A stretch of 64,000 bases of DNA from an uncultured Candidatus Saccharibacteria bacterium (lineage in GTDB: Bacteria > Patescibacteriota > Minisyncoccia > Phycocordibacterales > UBA2100): contig CAZWFX010000001.1 of NCBI GenBank assembly GCA_964633425.1, positions 9,644 through 73,643 on the forward strand, given 5' to 3'. How positions within the stretch are numbered: the first letter of the stretch is position 1; every line of letters begins with the position of its first letter. Under the pieces are notes generated by a model. It saw only the letters and a list, made by a program, of their open reading frames with translations. It did no database searches and was not told the DNA's origin. A program made the translations under genes and the position numbers. Shown here in pieces: positions 53,820 to 59,822 of the stretch.

Positions 53820-54077
53820 CTACGTCGTCGCTGGGCATTTTACGGTAGAGGTGATCCTCACAACCAGGCGATTTTGTTCAACATAGACCCGTAGGTCCTC
53901 GTATAGCACATTTCCAGACAGCAAAAGATGGTAATTTTCTGAAAGAAACTTGAAAATTTCAAACTTTGCCGTTTCTTCCTCTTTTTCAGAGTTCAGTTCA
54001 TCGCTAACTAGAAATGTAGTTACCAGATCTTCTGTCTCTGAAAGGCGCGTTGTCTGGACTCGCCTTACGCTAATCAT
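53820..54077 (-). CDS. hypothetical protein (85 aa)
   Basis: The track ORF starts at TTG54113. It is trimmed to MISVRR, whose ATG overlaps the stop of the acidic ORF. Confidence 0.5.
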   Translation of the reverse strand: MISVRRVQTTRLSETEDLVTTFLVSDELNSEKEEETAKFEIFKFLSENYHLLLSGNVLYEDLRVYVEQNRLVVRITSTVKCPATT

Positions 54078-54219
54078 CTGAATCCAGGTCTTCTTCTGTG
54101 TCTTCCAGTACAAAGTGGTGCGCTAGTTCGTCAACTAGTGCCCAAACAAATTCCATATCTTCTAGATCGTAATCCGTTGCAATTCCCGAAATAAGGTCGG
54201 CGAGGTCTTCTCTGGTCAT
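54070..54219 (-). CDS. very acidic small protein (49 aa), below the ORF-track cutoff
   Basis: Own translation MTREDLADLISGIATDYDLEDMEFVWALVDELAHHFVLEDTEEDLDSDD (18 D/E, 1 R). It is directly downstream of a TTGACA-18-TATATG promoter. Confidence 0.5.
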   Translation of the reverse strand: MTREDLADLISGIATDYDLEDMEFVWALVDELAHHFVLEDTEEDLDSDD

Positions 54220-54227
54220 GAGTTAGT

Positions 54228-54257
54228 CATATATCGCGTGTTTGAGTCGCGTGTCAA
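54228..54257 (-). promoter_or_regulatory. sigma70-like promoter (TTGACA-18-TATATG)
   Basis: Minus strand reads TTGACA cgcgactcaaacacgcga TATATG actaactcATG54219. Confidence 0.5.
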
Positions 54258-54260
54258 GAG

Positions 54261-54854
54261 CTAAAATGTACCTGATAGATTAAGTCCAACAGTCCCCTGG
54301 GTGTTGCCGAAGACTCCCAGGTAAAATGGACCGACCACTCGGCGGCCAACTTCGGCCTGTATTACAGCCCCCTTGAGCCCTGGAATGCCCTGTTCTGGTT
54401 TGCCCATCAGGCTGGGGATGGACACACCGACGCCGGCAGAAACAATCCAGCCGGGCTGATTCTTTACGATCTTCTCCTTCTCAACCACCTTTTCGACGAC
54501 CCGATCGATGTACTTGTCTACGTAAACTGTCTTGGTCTCGACCTCTTTGACGATTTTTGTCTTTTCGGATTCTGTGGTCTCGGTCCCAGTAGAAACCGTT
54601 GTCCCATCCGGCTTCTTGGTCACAGTCCAGGTCTTTTTGGTCTTTTTCTTAAGAGCCTCGTTGACCAGTCGGTCGATTTCATCCTGCGTGAGGGTCTTTT
54701 CTACATAGACCAGCTTGTCCTTGTAGACGACCTTCTCGACCTCTCTGATCTCAGCGGGTTTCCCAAAGAATCCAGTGGCAGAGCCAGCCGCGAAAGCCAC
54801 CAATGCAACCAATCCCAACTGGAGCCACCTATTCTGATACCATTTGTCGTTCAT
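54261..54854 (-). CDS. membrane-anchored protein (197 aa)
   Basis: Trimmed to MNDKWYQNRW (SD AAGGAA). The longer track ORF would overlap tRNA-Gly. It has an N-terminal TM helix, a K/E/V/T-rich repeat region and a Gly-rich C-terminus. Confidence 0.6.
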   Translation of the reverse strand: MNDKWYQNRWLQLGLVALVAFAAGSATGFFGKPAEIREVEKVVYKDKLVYVEKTLTQDEIDRLVNEALKKKTKKTWTVTKKPDGTTVSTGTETTESEKTKIVKEVETKTVYVDKYIDRVVEKVVEKEKIVKNQPGWIVSAGVGVSIPSLMGKPEQGIPGLKGAVIQAEVGRRVVGPFYLGVFGNTQGTVGLNLSGTF

Positions 54855-54957
54855 TTTTATTTCCTTTTTAGTTACTTTTGATGACTTTGGTCGGCGGAAT
54901 GGGATTTGACATAACAGACATTGTATCAGGAAGCGTCCCTGTTTGTCAAGTGAGAAG

Positions 54958-55033
54958 AGCACCGAGTGGGATTTGAACCCACGGTATCTAGTTTGGAAAA
55001 CTAGCGCAATCGACCAGGCTATGCGATCGGTGC
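54958..55033 (-). tRNA. tRNA-Gly (anticodon UCC)
   Basis: Hand fold: GCACCGA TC GCAT-AGCCTGGTCGA-TTGC G CTAGT-TTTCCAA-ACTAG ATAC CGTGG.. GTGGG-TTCAAAT-CCCAC TCGGTGC T. Confidence 0.8.
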
Positions 55034-55082
55034 GAGTGGCCGTACTCGGCCAGCGAGGTCTTTGGTTGACCAGCCTTTTGTT

Positions 55083-55220
55083 TTACTTCTTCTTGCTGCA
55101 ACAAGTGCAGGTCGAGTAGTACGGTCTTGGCCTTATCTTTGCATTCCAAGACTTAGGGGCCACGATAGGCTTCTTCGTCTTGGGGCAAAGGCCAACAACC
55201 TCGTATTCGTATCCGAGCAT
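55083..55220 (-). CDS. small basic Cys-rich protein (45 aa), below the ORF-track cutoff
   Basis: Own translation MLGYEYEVVGLCPKTKKPIVAPKSWNAKIRPRPYYSTCTCCSKKK. Strong SD GGAGGT 5 nt upstream. Confidence 0.5.
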   Translation of the reverse strand: MLGYEYEVVGLCPKTKKPIVAPKSWNAKIRPRPYYSTCTCCSKKK

Positions 55221-55232
55221 GTTCACCTCCGT

Positions 55233-55577
55233 TTAGTCCTCAGTTAACAGAAATCCACCATAGTATCCATTGTGTTCGTTGTGGTTTACAACCACAAACA
55301 CCCCTCTATTCGTGTAGATGTTCAGAAACTCGGTGTCTGTATCGCCTACGGTCGGACCTTCGCTTATTTCTGCTTTGATTAGACTAGATCCATTCCAATA
55401 AGACAAATCGTCCCCGTCGACGGTCATGTACCGACGTTCGCAACAACTCTGCGCATTATCATACAGCCGCGCTGACGTTCCGTCGGTAAATTTAAATACC
55501 AGATAGTTGTCTTTAATGAAGACATCCTCGATAATTTTCCCAACATGAGAACTTAAGAATTGTGTCTTTTTGGTCAT
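55233..55577 (-). CDS. hypothetical protein (114 aa)
   Basis: ORF lying between tRNA genes. Confidence 0.55.
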   Translation of the reverse strand: MTKKTQFLSSHVGKIIEDVFIKDNYLVFKFTDGTSARLYDNAQSCCERRYMTVDGDDLSYWNGSSLIKAEISEGPTVGDTDTEFLNIYTNRGVFVVVNHNEHNGYYGGFLLTED

Positions 55578-55602
55578 TTTATTGTCGTCTCTTTATCTAT
55601 TT

Positions 55603-55678
55603 TGGTCAGGGTGGGAGGTTCTGCCCCTCCGACCTCCTGCTCCCAAGGCAGGCGCTCTACTAGCTGAGCTACACCCTG
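55603..55678 (-). tRNA. tRNA-Pro (anticodon UGG) with atypical D and T loops
   Basis: Hand fold: CAGGGTG TA GCTC-AGCTAGTA-GAGC G CCTGC-CTTGGGA-GCAGG AGGTC GGAGG-GGCAGAA-CCTCC CACCCTG A CCA. It has C1-G72, G37 and A73. The T loop lacks TTC and the D loop lacks GG. Confidence 0.7.
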
Positions 55679-55713
55679 TAAACTACTCTAAGCTATCGTA
55701 AATATTGTGTCTT

Positions 55714-56064
55714 TTACACCAACTCGACCGAATCTTTATGAATTCTGTAGTGTTCAACCTTACCATTAAGGTAATGGACTTCAGCAGGGTCTCCGTCTTT
55801 TGACCAAACCGTTAGGGGTTTGTACTTCATGATCGGCTCTTTGTAAATCATGGGCTCTGGGTTGGCATCATACTCTTCCACGGTCCACCACCGATCCCCG
55901 CAGCAACGGCAGTCTTGTCCACTGCCAACTCCACAGAAATAGATGGATGTCTTCTCTACGGCAATGTCATTGGCCTGTTGGGCCGTGTCGGCTTCGATGA
56001 TAACGTAATGAGGTCCGTCAAAGCCACCACCGGAATTGTTCTGACGAAAAGTATAAAACGGCAT
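55714..56064 (-). CDS. hypothetical protein (116 aa)
   Basis: ORF with SD AAAGGAAA; contains CGVGSGQDCRCCGD. Confidence 0.55.
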   Translation of the reverse strand: MPFYTFRQNNSGGGFDGPHYVIIEADTAQQANDIAVEKTSIYFCGVGSGQDCRCCGDRWWTVEEYDANPEPMIYKEPIMKYKPLTVWSKDGDPAEVHYLNGKVEHYRIHKDSVELV

Positions 56065-56084
56065 TTGTGTTTTCCTTTTTGCGG

Positions 56085-56158
56085 TGACCCATGAAGGAAT
56101 TGAACCTTGCGTCTCCTCCTTGAAAGGGAGGCGTCCTGAACCATTGGACGAATGGGCC
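56085..56158 (-). tRNA. tRNA-Glu (anticodon UUC)
   Basis: Hand fold: GGCCCAT TC GTCC-AATGGTTCA-GGAC G CCTCC-CTTTCAA-GGAGG AGACG CAAGG-TTCAATT-CCTTC ATGGGTC A. Confidence 0.8.
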
Positions 56159-56159
56159 G

Positions 56160-56235
56160 TGGCGGTAAGGGTTCGGATCGAACAAACATAATCCCGTCGA
56201 CAAGACGGTCGCTTTGCCTGTTAAGCTACCTCACC
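56160..56235 (-). tRNA. tRNA-Thr (anticodon UGU), second copy, atypical C37
   Basis: Hand fold: GGTGAGG TA GCTT-AACAGGCA-AAGC G ACCGT-CTTGTCG-ACGGG ATTAT GTTTG-TTCGATC-CGAAC CCTTACC G CCA. The 3' CCA lies 1 nt from the 5' end of tRNA-Glu. Confidence 0.7.
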
Positions 56236-56239
56236 AAGC

Positions 56240-56272
56240 GGTTAAAGCCAGCATAGCCGACTGGCCTTAACC
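56240..56272 (-). ncRNA. 12-bp hairpin (minihelix-like) upstream of tRNA-Thr
   Basis: Minus-strand RNA: GGTTAAGGCCAG-TCGGCTATG-CTGGCTTTAACC. It is perfect with one G-U on the minus strand; the same position is an A-C mismatch on the plus strand. The inner 5 bp GCCAG/CTGGC are identical to the T stem at 56401-56389. Confidence 0.5.
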
Positions 56273-56288
56273 TGTTGTATTGCGTCCT

Positions 56289-56354
56289 ACGAAGCCAACG
56301 ACAAGCCAGAGACTTATCTTTATTGAGATCGCTTTTCCATTAAGCTACCTTCGC
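56289..56354 (-). ncRNA. tRNA-like element: good acceptor 5' strand and D arm, degenerate 3' portion
   Basis: GCGAAGG TA GCTT-AATGGAA-AAGC G ATCT-CAATAA-AGAT..., then TCTCTGGCTTGTCGTTGGCTTCGT with no T-arm helix. The 5' strand is perfectly complementary to CCTTCGC at 56382-56388. Confidence 0.45.
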
Positions 56355-56377
56355 GTTTGTGCAAGCTACCTATTAGG

Positions 56378-56433
56378 TGGCGCGAAGGGCCAGAGTCGAA
56401 CTGGCAGCTATCCTTGTTTGTCCCTTAGCAAGA
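56378..56433 (-). ncRNA. tRNA 3'-portion-like element (hairpin, T arm, acceptor 3' strand, G73, CCA) lacking an upstream 5' half
   Basis: TCTTG-CTAAGGGACAAA-CAAGG ATAGCT GCCAG-TTCGACT-CTGGC CCTTCGC G CCA. There is no D arm or complementary acceptor strand upstream. Confidence 0.45.
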
Positions 56434-56498
56434 TTTGGCGACAACGCAACGAGCTTGAGCTTTAGAGCTACAACTTAAACATGATTTAGCAAATTTAG

Positions 56499-56525
56499 CG
56501 CCTCTGCCAATTGGGCTACCTCCAC
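56499..56525 (-). ncRNA. tRNA 5'-portion-like element (acceptor 5' strand and Leu-like D arm)
   Basis: GTGGAGG TA GCC-CAATTGGCAGA-GGC G. The downstream sequence (CTAAATTTGCTAAATCATG..GTAGCTCTAAAGCTC) looks like a decayed copy of the arms at 56601-56554. Confidence 0.45.
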
Positions 56526-56553
56526 TTGAGTTAACAGACCCCGTTACGGGTAG

Positions 56554-56601
56554 TGCGGAGGGTAGGTCTCGAACCTACACTTGACTACATTTGCAGTTCA
56601 G
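56554..56601 (-). ncRNA. tRNA 3'-portion-like element (GCA anticodon arm, T arm, acceptor 3' strand) lacking an upstream 5' half
   Basis: CTGAA-CTGCAAA-TGTAG TCAAGT GTAGG-TTCGAGA-CCTAC CCTCCGC A. The complementary strand GTGGAGG lies 28 nt downstream, not upstream. Confidence 0.45.
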
Positions 56602-56637
56602 CTTGAGTTTGAGTCTAAGCTTGCTCTATAAATCCTT

Positions 56638-56802
56638 TCATAGTTGTTTGGTTAGATGCCAATTTTGGCATATAGGACAAAAATATGTCCTCAAATTTCT
56701 TTCGTATGCAAGTTTGTCGGCCAGATCCTTGGATTTGTACATTTTCTTTTTGGAACACATGCTCCAAACGTCAAATGGATCTAGGTCTTCCGTTCGTTGC
56801 AT
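56638..56802 (-). CDS. small Zn-ribbon-like protein (54 aa), below the ORF-track cutoff
   Basis: Own translation MQRTEDLDPFDVWSMCSKKKMYKSKDLADKLAYERNLRTYFCPICQNWHLTKQL. The ATG lies 6 nt after the upstream stop. Confidence 0.45.
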   Translation of the reverse strand: MQRTEDLDPFDVWSMCSKKKMYKSKDLADKLAYERNLRTYFCPICQNWHLTKQL

Positions 56803-56808
56803 GGCTTC

Positions 56809-57537
56809 TTACCTGAAGAGCCAGTCCACCAACGTAGTCCCTGCATTGACCGAGTCCGCTGTGGCGGTGTTGGCCTCTTCCCTGGCGACCTTTACGGCAT
56901 CCGAGAGCTTCTGAATCTTGGCCAGGAGGGCCTTCTTCTGGGCAGGCTGGAAGGCTCCGCTGAACTTTACGTGGTCCCAACTGCCCACCACCTCGTCCTC
57001 CGTGATGAGCTGGGTCTGGGCCGGGTGCTTGTCGGTAGCTGGATACAGAACAATTGGCTTCTGGATCTTCTTGGTCTTGACGGTCTGGGTTGGCTCCGTG
57101 CGGGCTAGGCCGGTCTGCTCGTCAACCTTCCACTCTTCGTCTTCCGTTAGAACCGGAATGGCCGAGACGAAGGTGTCTAGATCCGTAAGCTCCTTGGATA
57201 GGTACAGGAGGTACGTAACGGGAGCGTCCTTTACCAGGACCTTTCCGTCTACCACGATGTCAGCCTTCGCCAGGCAGTTGGCGAAGTCCTTGGTGGCCTC
57301 GATGTTGAATAGGCTCTCCAAGAGAGCCGCTTCTGAATCTAGAAGCTCCTTGGCGGTAACCTGGACCTTGGCCTTCTCGTCCGGGAACGACTCCCCGTCT
57401 TCAGACTTTGCACGGTACCTCTTGATGTACCCATTGAAAAGCCCTGGCTTCTGGGCGATCTTGTAGTTCTCCGACTTTACGGAGTTACACTTCGACTTTA
57501 CTGTTTGTTCGATGCTGATTACTTGGTTTAGCTTCAT
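56809..57537 (-). CDS. hypothetical protein (242 aa)
   Basis: ORF behind a sigma70-like promoter. The antisense ORFs 56797..57108 and 56918..57466 are rejected. Confidence 0.6.
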   Translation of the reverse strand: MKLNQVISIEQTVKSKCNSVKSENYKIAQKPGLFNGYIKRYRAKSEDGESFPDEKAKVQVTAKELLDSEAALLESLFNIEATKDFANCLAKADIVVDGKVLVKDAPVTYLLYLSKELTDLDTFVSAIPVLTEDEEWKVDEQTGLARTEPTQTVKTKKIQKPIVLYPATDKHPAQTQLITEDEVVGSWDHVKFSGAFQPAQKKALLAKIQKLSDAVKVAREEANTATADSVNAGTTLVDWLFR

Positions 57538-57547
57538 AGTGGAACCA

Positions 57548-57576
57548 ATTGTGCCACCGTTTTAGAGGCCTGTCAA
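57548..57576 (-). promoter_or_regulatory. sigma70-like promoter (TTGACA-17-CACAAT)
   Basis: Minus strand reads TTGACA ggcctctaaaacggtgg CACAAT tggttccactATG57537. Confidence 0.45.
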
Positions 57577-58160
57577 GGGGTTTTCTTTCGACGCTTTGTT
57601 TTAGATGGAGATGTAAAAACTTTCACAGGTTTAAGTACAACATCAGCGAGTCCGGCAGCCACCGCCTCTTCGGCTGAAAAGAAGGTCTCGCCTTTTCCCC
57701 ATGCAGCCAACTGCTCCATGGATTGACCACTACGCTCGGCAATAATCCTGTAGTAGCGTTCATTACCGCGTTCAATTTGCTTGGCAATGTCTACGATGGA
57801 CCCTTGCTGGATGTTGTCTGATGAGATTTGCATACTGCCTTGATGGATTAGAAGGTCGCAGTACGGGGCAAGAACCCTGTTGTCTGCGGCTTGTAGGATC
57901 GCAACTCCCATGGACATGGCTTGGCCATAGGCCGTGACTGTTATGTGACCAGGATACATTAGCATGGCTGATATGATTGACCATGCCGCTTCTTCGGACC
58001 CGCCAGGGGTAGACAGGATTAGGTTGACCCCTTTGGTGGGGTCCATCTGTGACAACCCAAAGACCACATTGTGGGCCGTGTGGTCGTCGATTTCCCCGAA
58101 TAGATAGATCGTTTGACGCGATACGTCAAAATGATTCCCATTACTTACGTGAATTTCCAT
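57573..58160 (-). CDS. clpP: ClpP-family serine protease homologue
   Basis: ..IYLFGEIDD..LILSTPGGSEEAAWSI..TAYGQAMSMGVAILQAA..LLIHQGS..: ClpP layout with the Ser (G-x-A-x-S-M-G) and His (IHQ) positions. Confidence 0.75.
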   Translation of the reverse strand: MEIHVSNGNHFDVSRQTIYLFGEIDDHTAHNVVFGLSQMDPTKGVNLILSTPGGSEEAAWSIISAMLMYPGHITVTAYGQAMSMGVAILQAADNRVLAPYCDLLIHQGSMQISSDNIQQGSIVDIAKQIERGNERYYRIIAERSGQSMEQLAAWGKGETFFSAEEAVAAGLADVVLKPVKVFTSPSKTKRRKKTP

Positions 58161-58172
58161 CTTCTGCTATGG

Positions 58173-58748
58173 CTATAGCCTTAGCCTTTCAAGGTGCTTC
58201 ATGGCAGTCTCTACAACCTCGGGGTCTTTGTGGAATTTGATGATTTTTTGAAGTTTTGCGATTCCACGGTCTCTTCCAAGTGTCTCCAGGGCCTTTTTGG
58301 TCTTGAACGAGGCCACTCGCCCACGGCTACGGATTTCGGCGACTGAAACGGGTTCGGTTTCGTCAGAACTGTCAAAATAACGCGATGCGTCAAGACCACT
58401 GGACCGAAACTTCCTGTCTAGAATTGACTTCAGACGACCAAGTCGCTGCCTTAGGTAAACGTGGAATAGCTTCTTGTTGTCATCGTTCGTTCTGTTAGGC
58501 GATTCGTGAAGGCCAACCCAGTTCACCATCCAGCACCGGGCCAACTGCCGGATGTCTTCGGGCTGAATAGACATCATGTCTAATAGCTTCCGGTTTGTGT
58601 TGTAAAACAGCCGAATCTTAGATTCCATGACCAGACGATACTTCTTGAAATGCTCGTCCGTGACCTTGTTGCTGGCCATGGCCTTTACAAAATCGTTCCT
58701 GCGTATCGCTACCAAAAAATCATTGTCACTAATGGATAGTTTCTTCAA
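58173..58748 (-). CDS. hypothetical protein (191 aa), possible transcription factor
   Basis: ORF with a TTG start immediately downstream of a near-consensus promoter. Helical and basic; no confident motif. Confidence 0.55.
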   Translation of the reverse strand: MKKLSISDNDFLVAIRRNDFVKAMASNKVTDEHFKKYRLVMESKIRLFYNTNRKLLDMMSIQPEDIRQLARCWMVNWVGLHESPNRTNDDNKKLFHVYLRQRLGRLKSILDRKFRSSGLDASRYFDSSDETEPVSVAEIRSRGRVASFKTKKALETLGRDRGIAKLQKIIKFHKDPEVVETAMKHLERLRL

Positions 58749-58757
58749 AACATGTAG

Positions 58758-58786
58758 AATATAGCAATTCCCAATTGTTTTGTCAA
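58758..58786 (-). promoter_or_regulatory. sigma70-like promoter (TTGACA-17-TATATT)
   Basis: Minus strand reads TTGACA aaacaattgggaattgc TATATT ctacatgtt TTG58748. Confidence 0.6.
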
Positions 58787-58791
58787 GGAAA

Positions 58792-59775
58792 TTAGCCCTT
58801 TAGGTAAACAAAAATCTGTCCAGGAGTGATTTTCTTGGCACCCAAAAATAGGTCCAGGTTCTCTTCTAGACTACGATCTCCCAGGTCGCCTCCAGGAGGC
58901 ACCATGTCGTAAAGATCAAAATAGGGGTAGTAGTCCTTAACTAGTTGATTTGTTTGCTGAAATGCGTCTGGGTCCAGAGCTAGATAAAGCTTCTTGCGAG
59001 TTGAAGAGGAGTAGGCCCAGTTAACCAATAGTTCCATTTGGTTACGGCTAATGGACTTCCCCATGGTACAGACAGCGCCCCCGCACAGGTCGGCCTTAAT
59101 GGCAGAGATGGGACCTTCTGCCAAGACGCAGTGGTCCGATCCGATTAGGTTGTCTGAGAACATTAAAAGGTTGGCCTTTTCACAGCCTGGGGCGGTTGGG
59201 GACTTGGGGATCGTGTACTTTTTACCGTTTGGCAATACGTATTCGTGTGGGTAGGTGATTCGTTCTTGCCATCCAAGTAGGCGACCTTGTTCTAGTATTG
59301 GGAAGACCACGCTGCGTTTTGGTGGGCAGTATCGAATATTGTACTTACGTGCAAGATCTATGCCAATTCCTCGGCCGTCGAGGTAGTTCCTGCCTCTTTC
59401 CGAGTGCTTGTGGTCAATGGGATAGAAGTCCCACGGCATGACGAAGACTTCTTCTACAATTTCTTCCTGTTCGGTTTCTTCATAGTCTGGGTCTAGGCCT
59501 ACCAGATTGATGTAGGTGGTGAACTCGTTGTTGAGTAGATTTGCCCTGATGATATCAGGGGGTTTGTGTAAAATTTCAGCCAGGGCGTATTCAGCGGATC
59601 CATAAAAGGATTGTTCTCCGCAGCTCCAGCAGACAAACCTGCCTGAAGATTTGAGGAGATACAGCTTCCATTTGGTACACCTGGGGCATTCCAGAACCCA
59701 GGATCTGGACGTCTGCTTGACCTGAAGTCCGGTCTCTCTAAGAAACCGGGTTAGTTCGTATGGGGAAAATTTCAA
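58792..59775 (-). CDS. DNA primase (Zn-ribbon and TOPRIM)
   Basis: CPRC..16 aa..CWSC zinc ribbon. TOPRIM-like ..HCVLAEGPISAIKA.. and ..LYLALDPDAF... TTG start (no nearby ATG). Confidence 0.75.
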   Translation of the reverse strand: MKFSPYELTRFLRETGLQVKQTSRSWVLECPRCTKWKLYLLKSSGRFVCWSCGEQSFYGSAEYALAEILHKPPDIIRANLLNNEFTTYINLVGLDPDYEETEQEEIVEEVFVMPWDFYPIDHKHSERGRNYLDGRGIGIDLARKYNIRYCPPKRSVVFPILEQGRLLGWQERITYPHEYVLPNGKKYTIPKSPTAPGCEKANLLMFSDNLIGSDHCVLAEGPISAIKADLCGGAVCTMGKSISRNQMELLVNWAYSSSTRKKLYLALDPDAFQQTNQLVKDYYPYFDLYDMVPPGGDLGDRSLEENLDLFLGAKKITPGQIFVYLKG

Positions 59776-59822
59776 AGCGGCTCAAGCCTGGCATGTCTTT
59801 GGCTGGATGTCAAGCGGCAGGC

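Noticed and set aside
56378-56601. Whether the permuted '3' portion - linker - 5' portion' arrangement is a two-piece (circularly permuted) tmRNA gene.
   Set aside because: Neither acceptor helix has the G3-U70 alanine identity pair; both have G3-C70. I could find no tag-peptide reading frame with a resume codon or pseudoknot-like context downstream.
56660-56700. Two hairpins (GGACATATTTTTGTCC and TGCCAAAATTGGCA) that look like terminators upstream of the tRNA-like region.
   Set aside because: They fall inside the plausible 54-aa Zn-ribbon-like ORF (encoding ..RTYFCPICQNWH..) and lack a following U-run. They are noted only as possible RNA structure.
56280-56914. Plus-strand ORFs 56280..56465, 56591..56914 and 56797..57108 in or near the tRNA cluster.
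   Set aside because: They run antisense through tRNA-like elements and the 242-aa minus-strand gene, have no SD, and have implausible composition.
58173-58748. The 191-aa protein as a late sigma factor (T4 gp55-like) that would read the CAATCTTTA motif.
   Set aside because: It is an attractive idea, but I could not align any sigma region 2/4 or gp55 signature by eye. It is kept as hypothetical.
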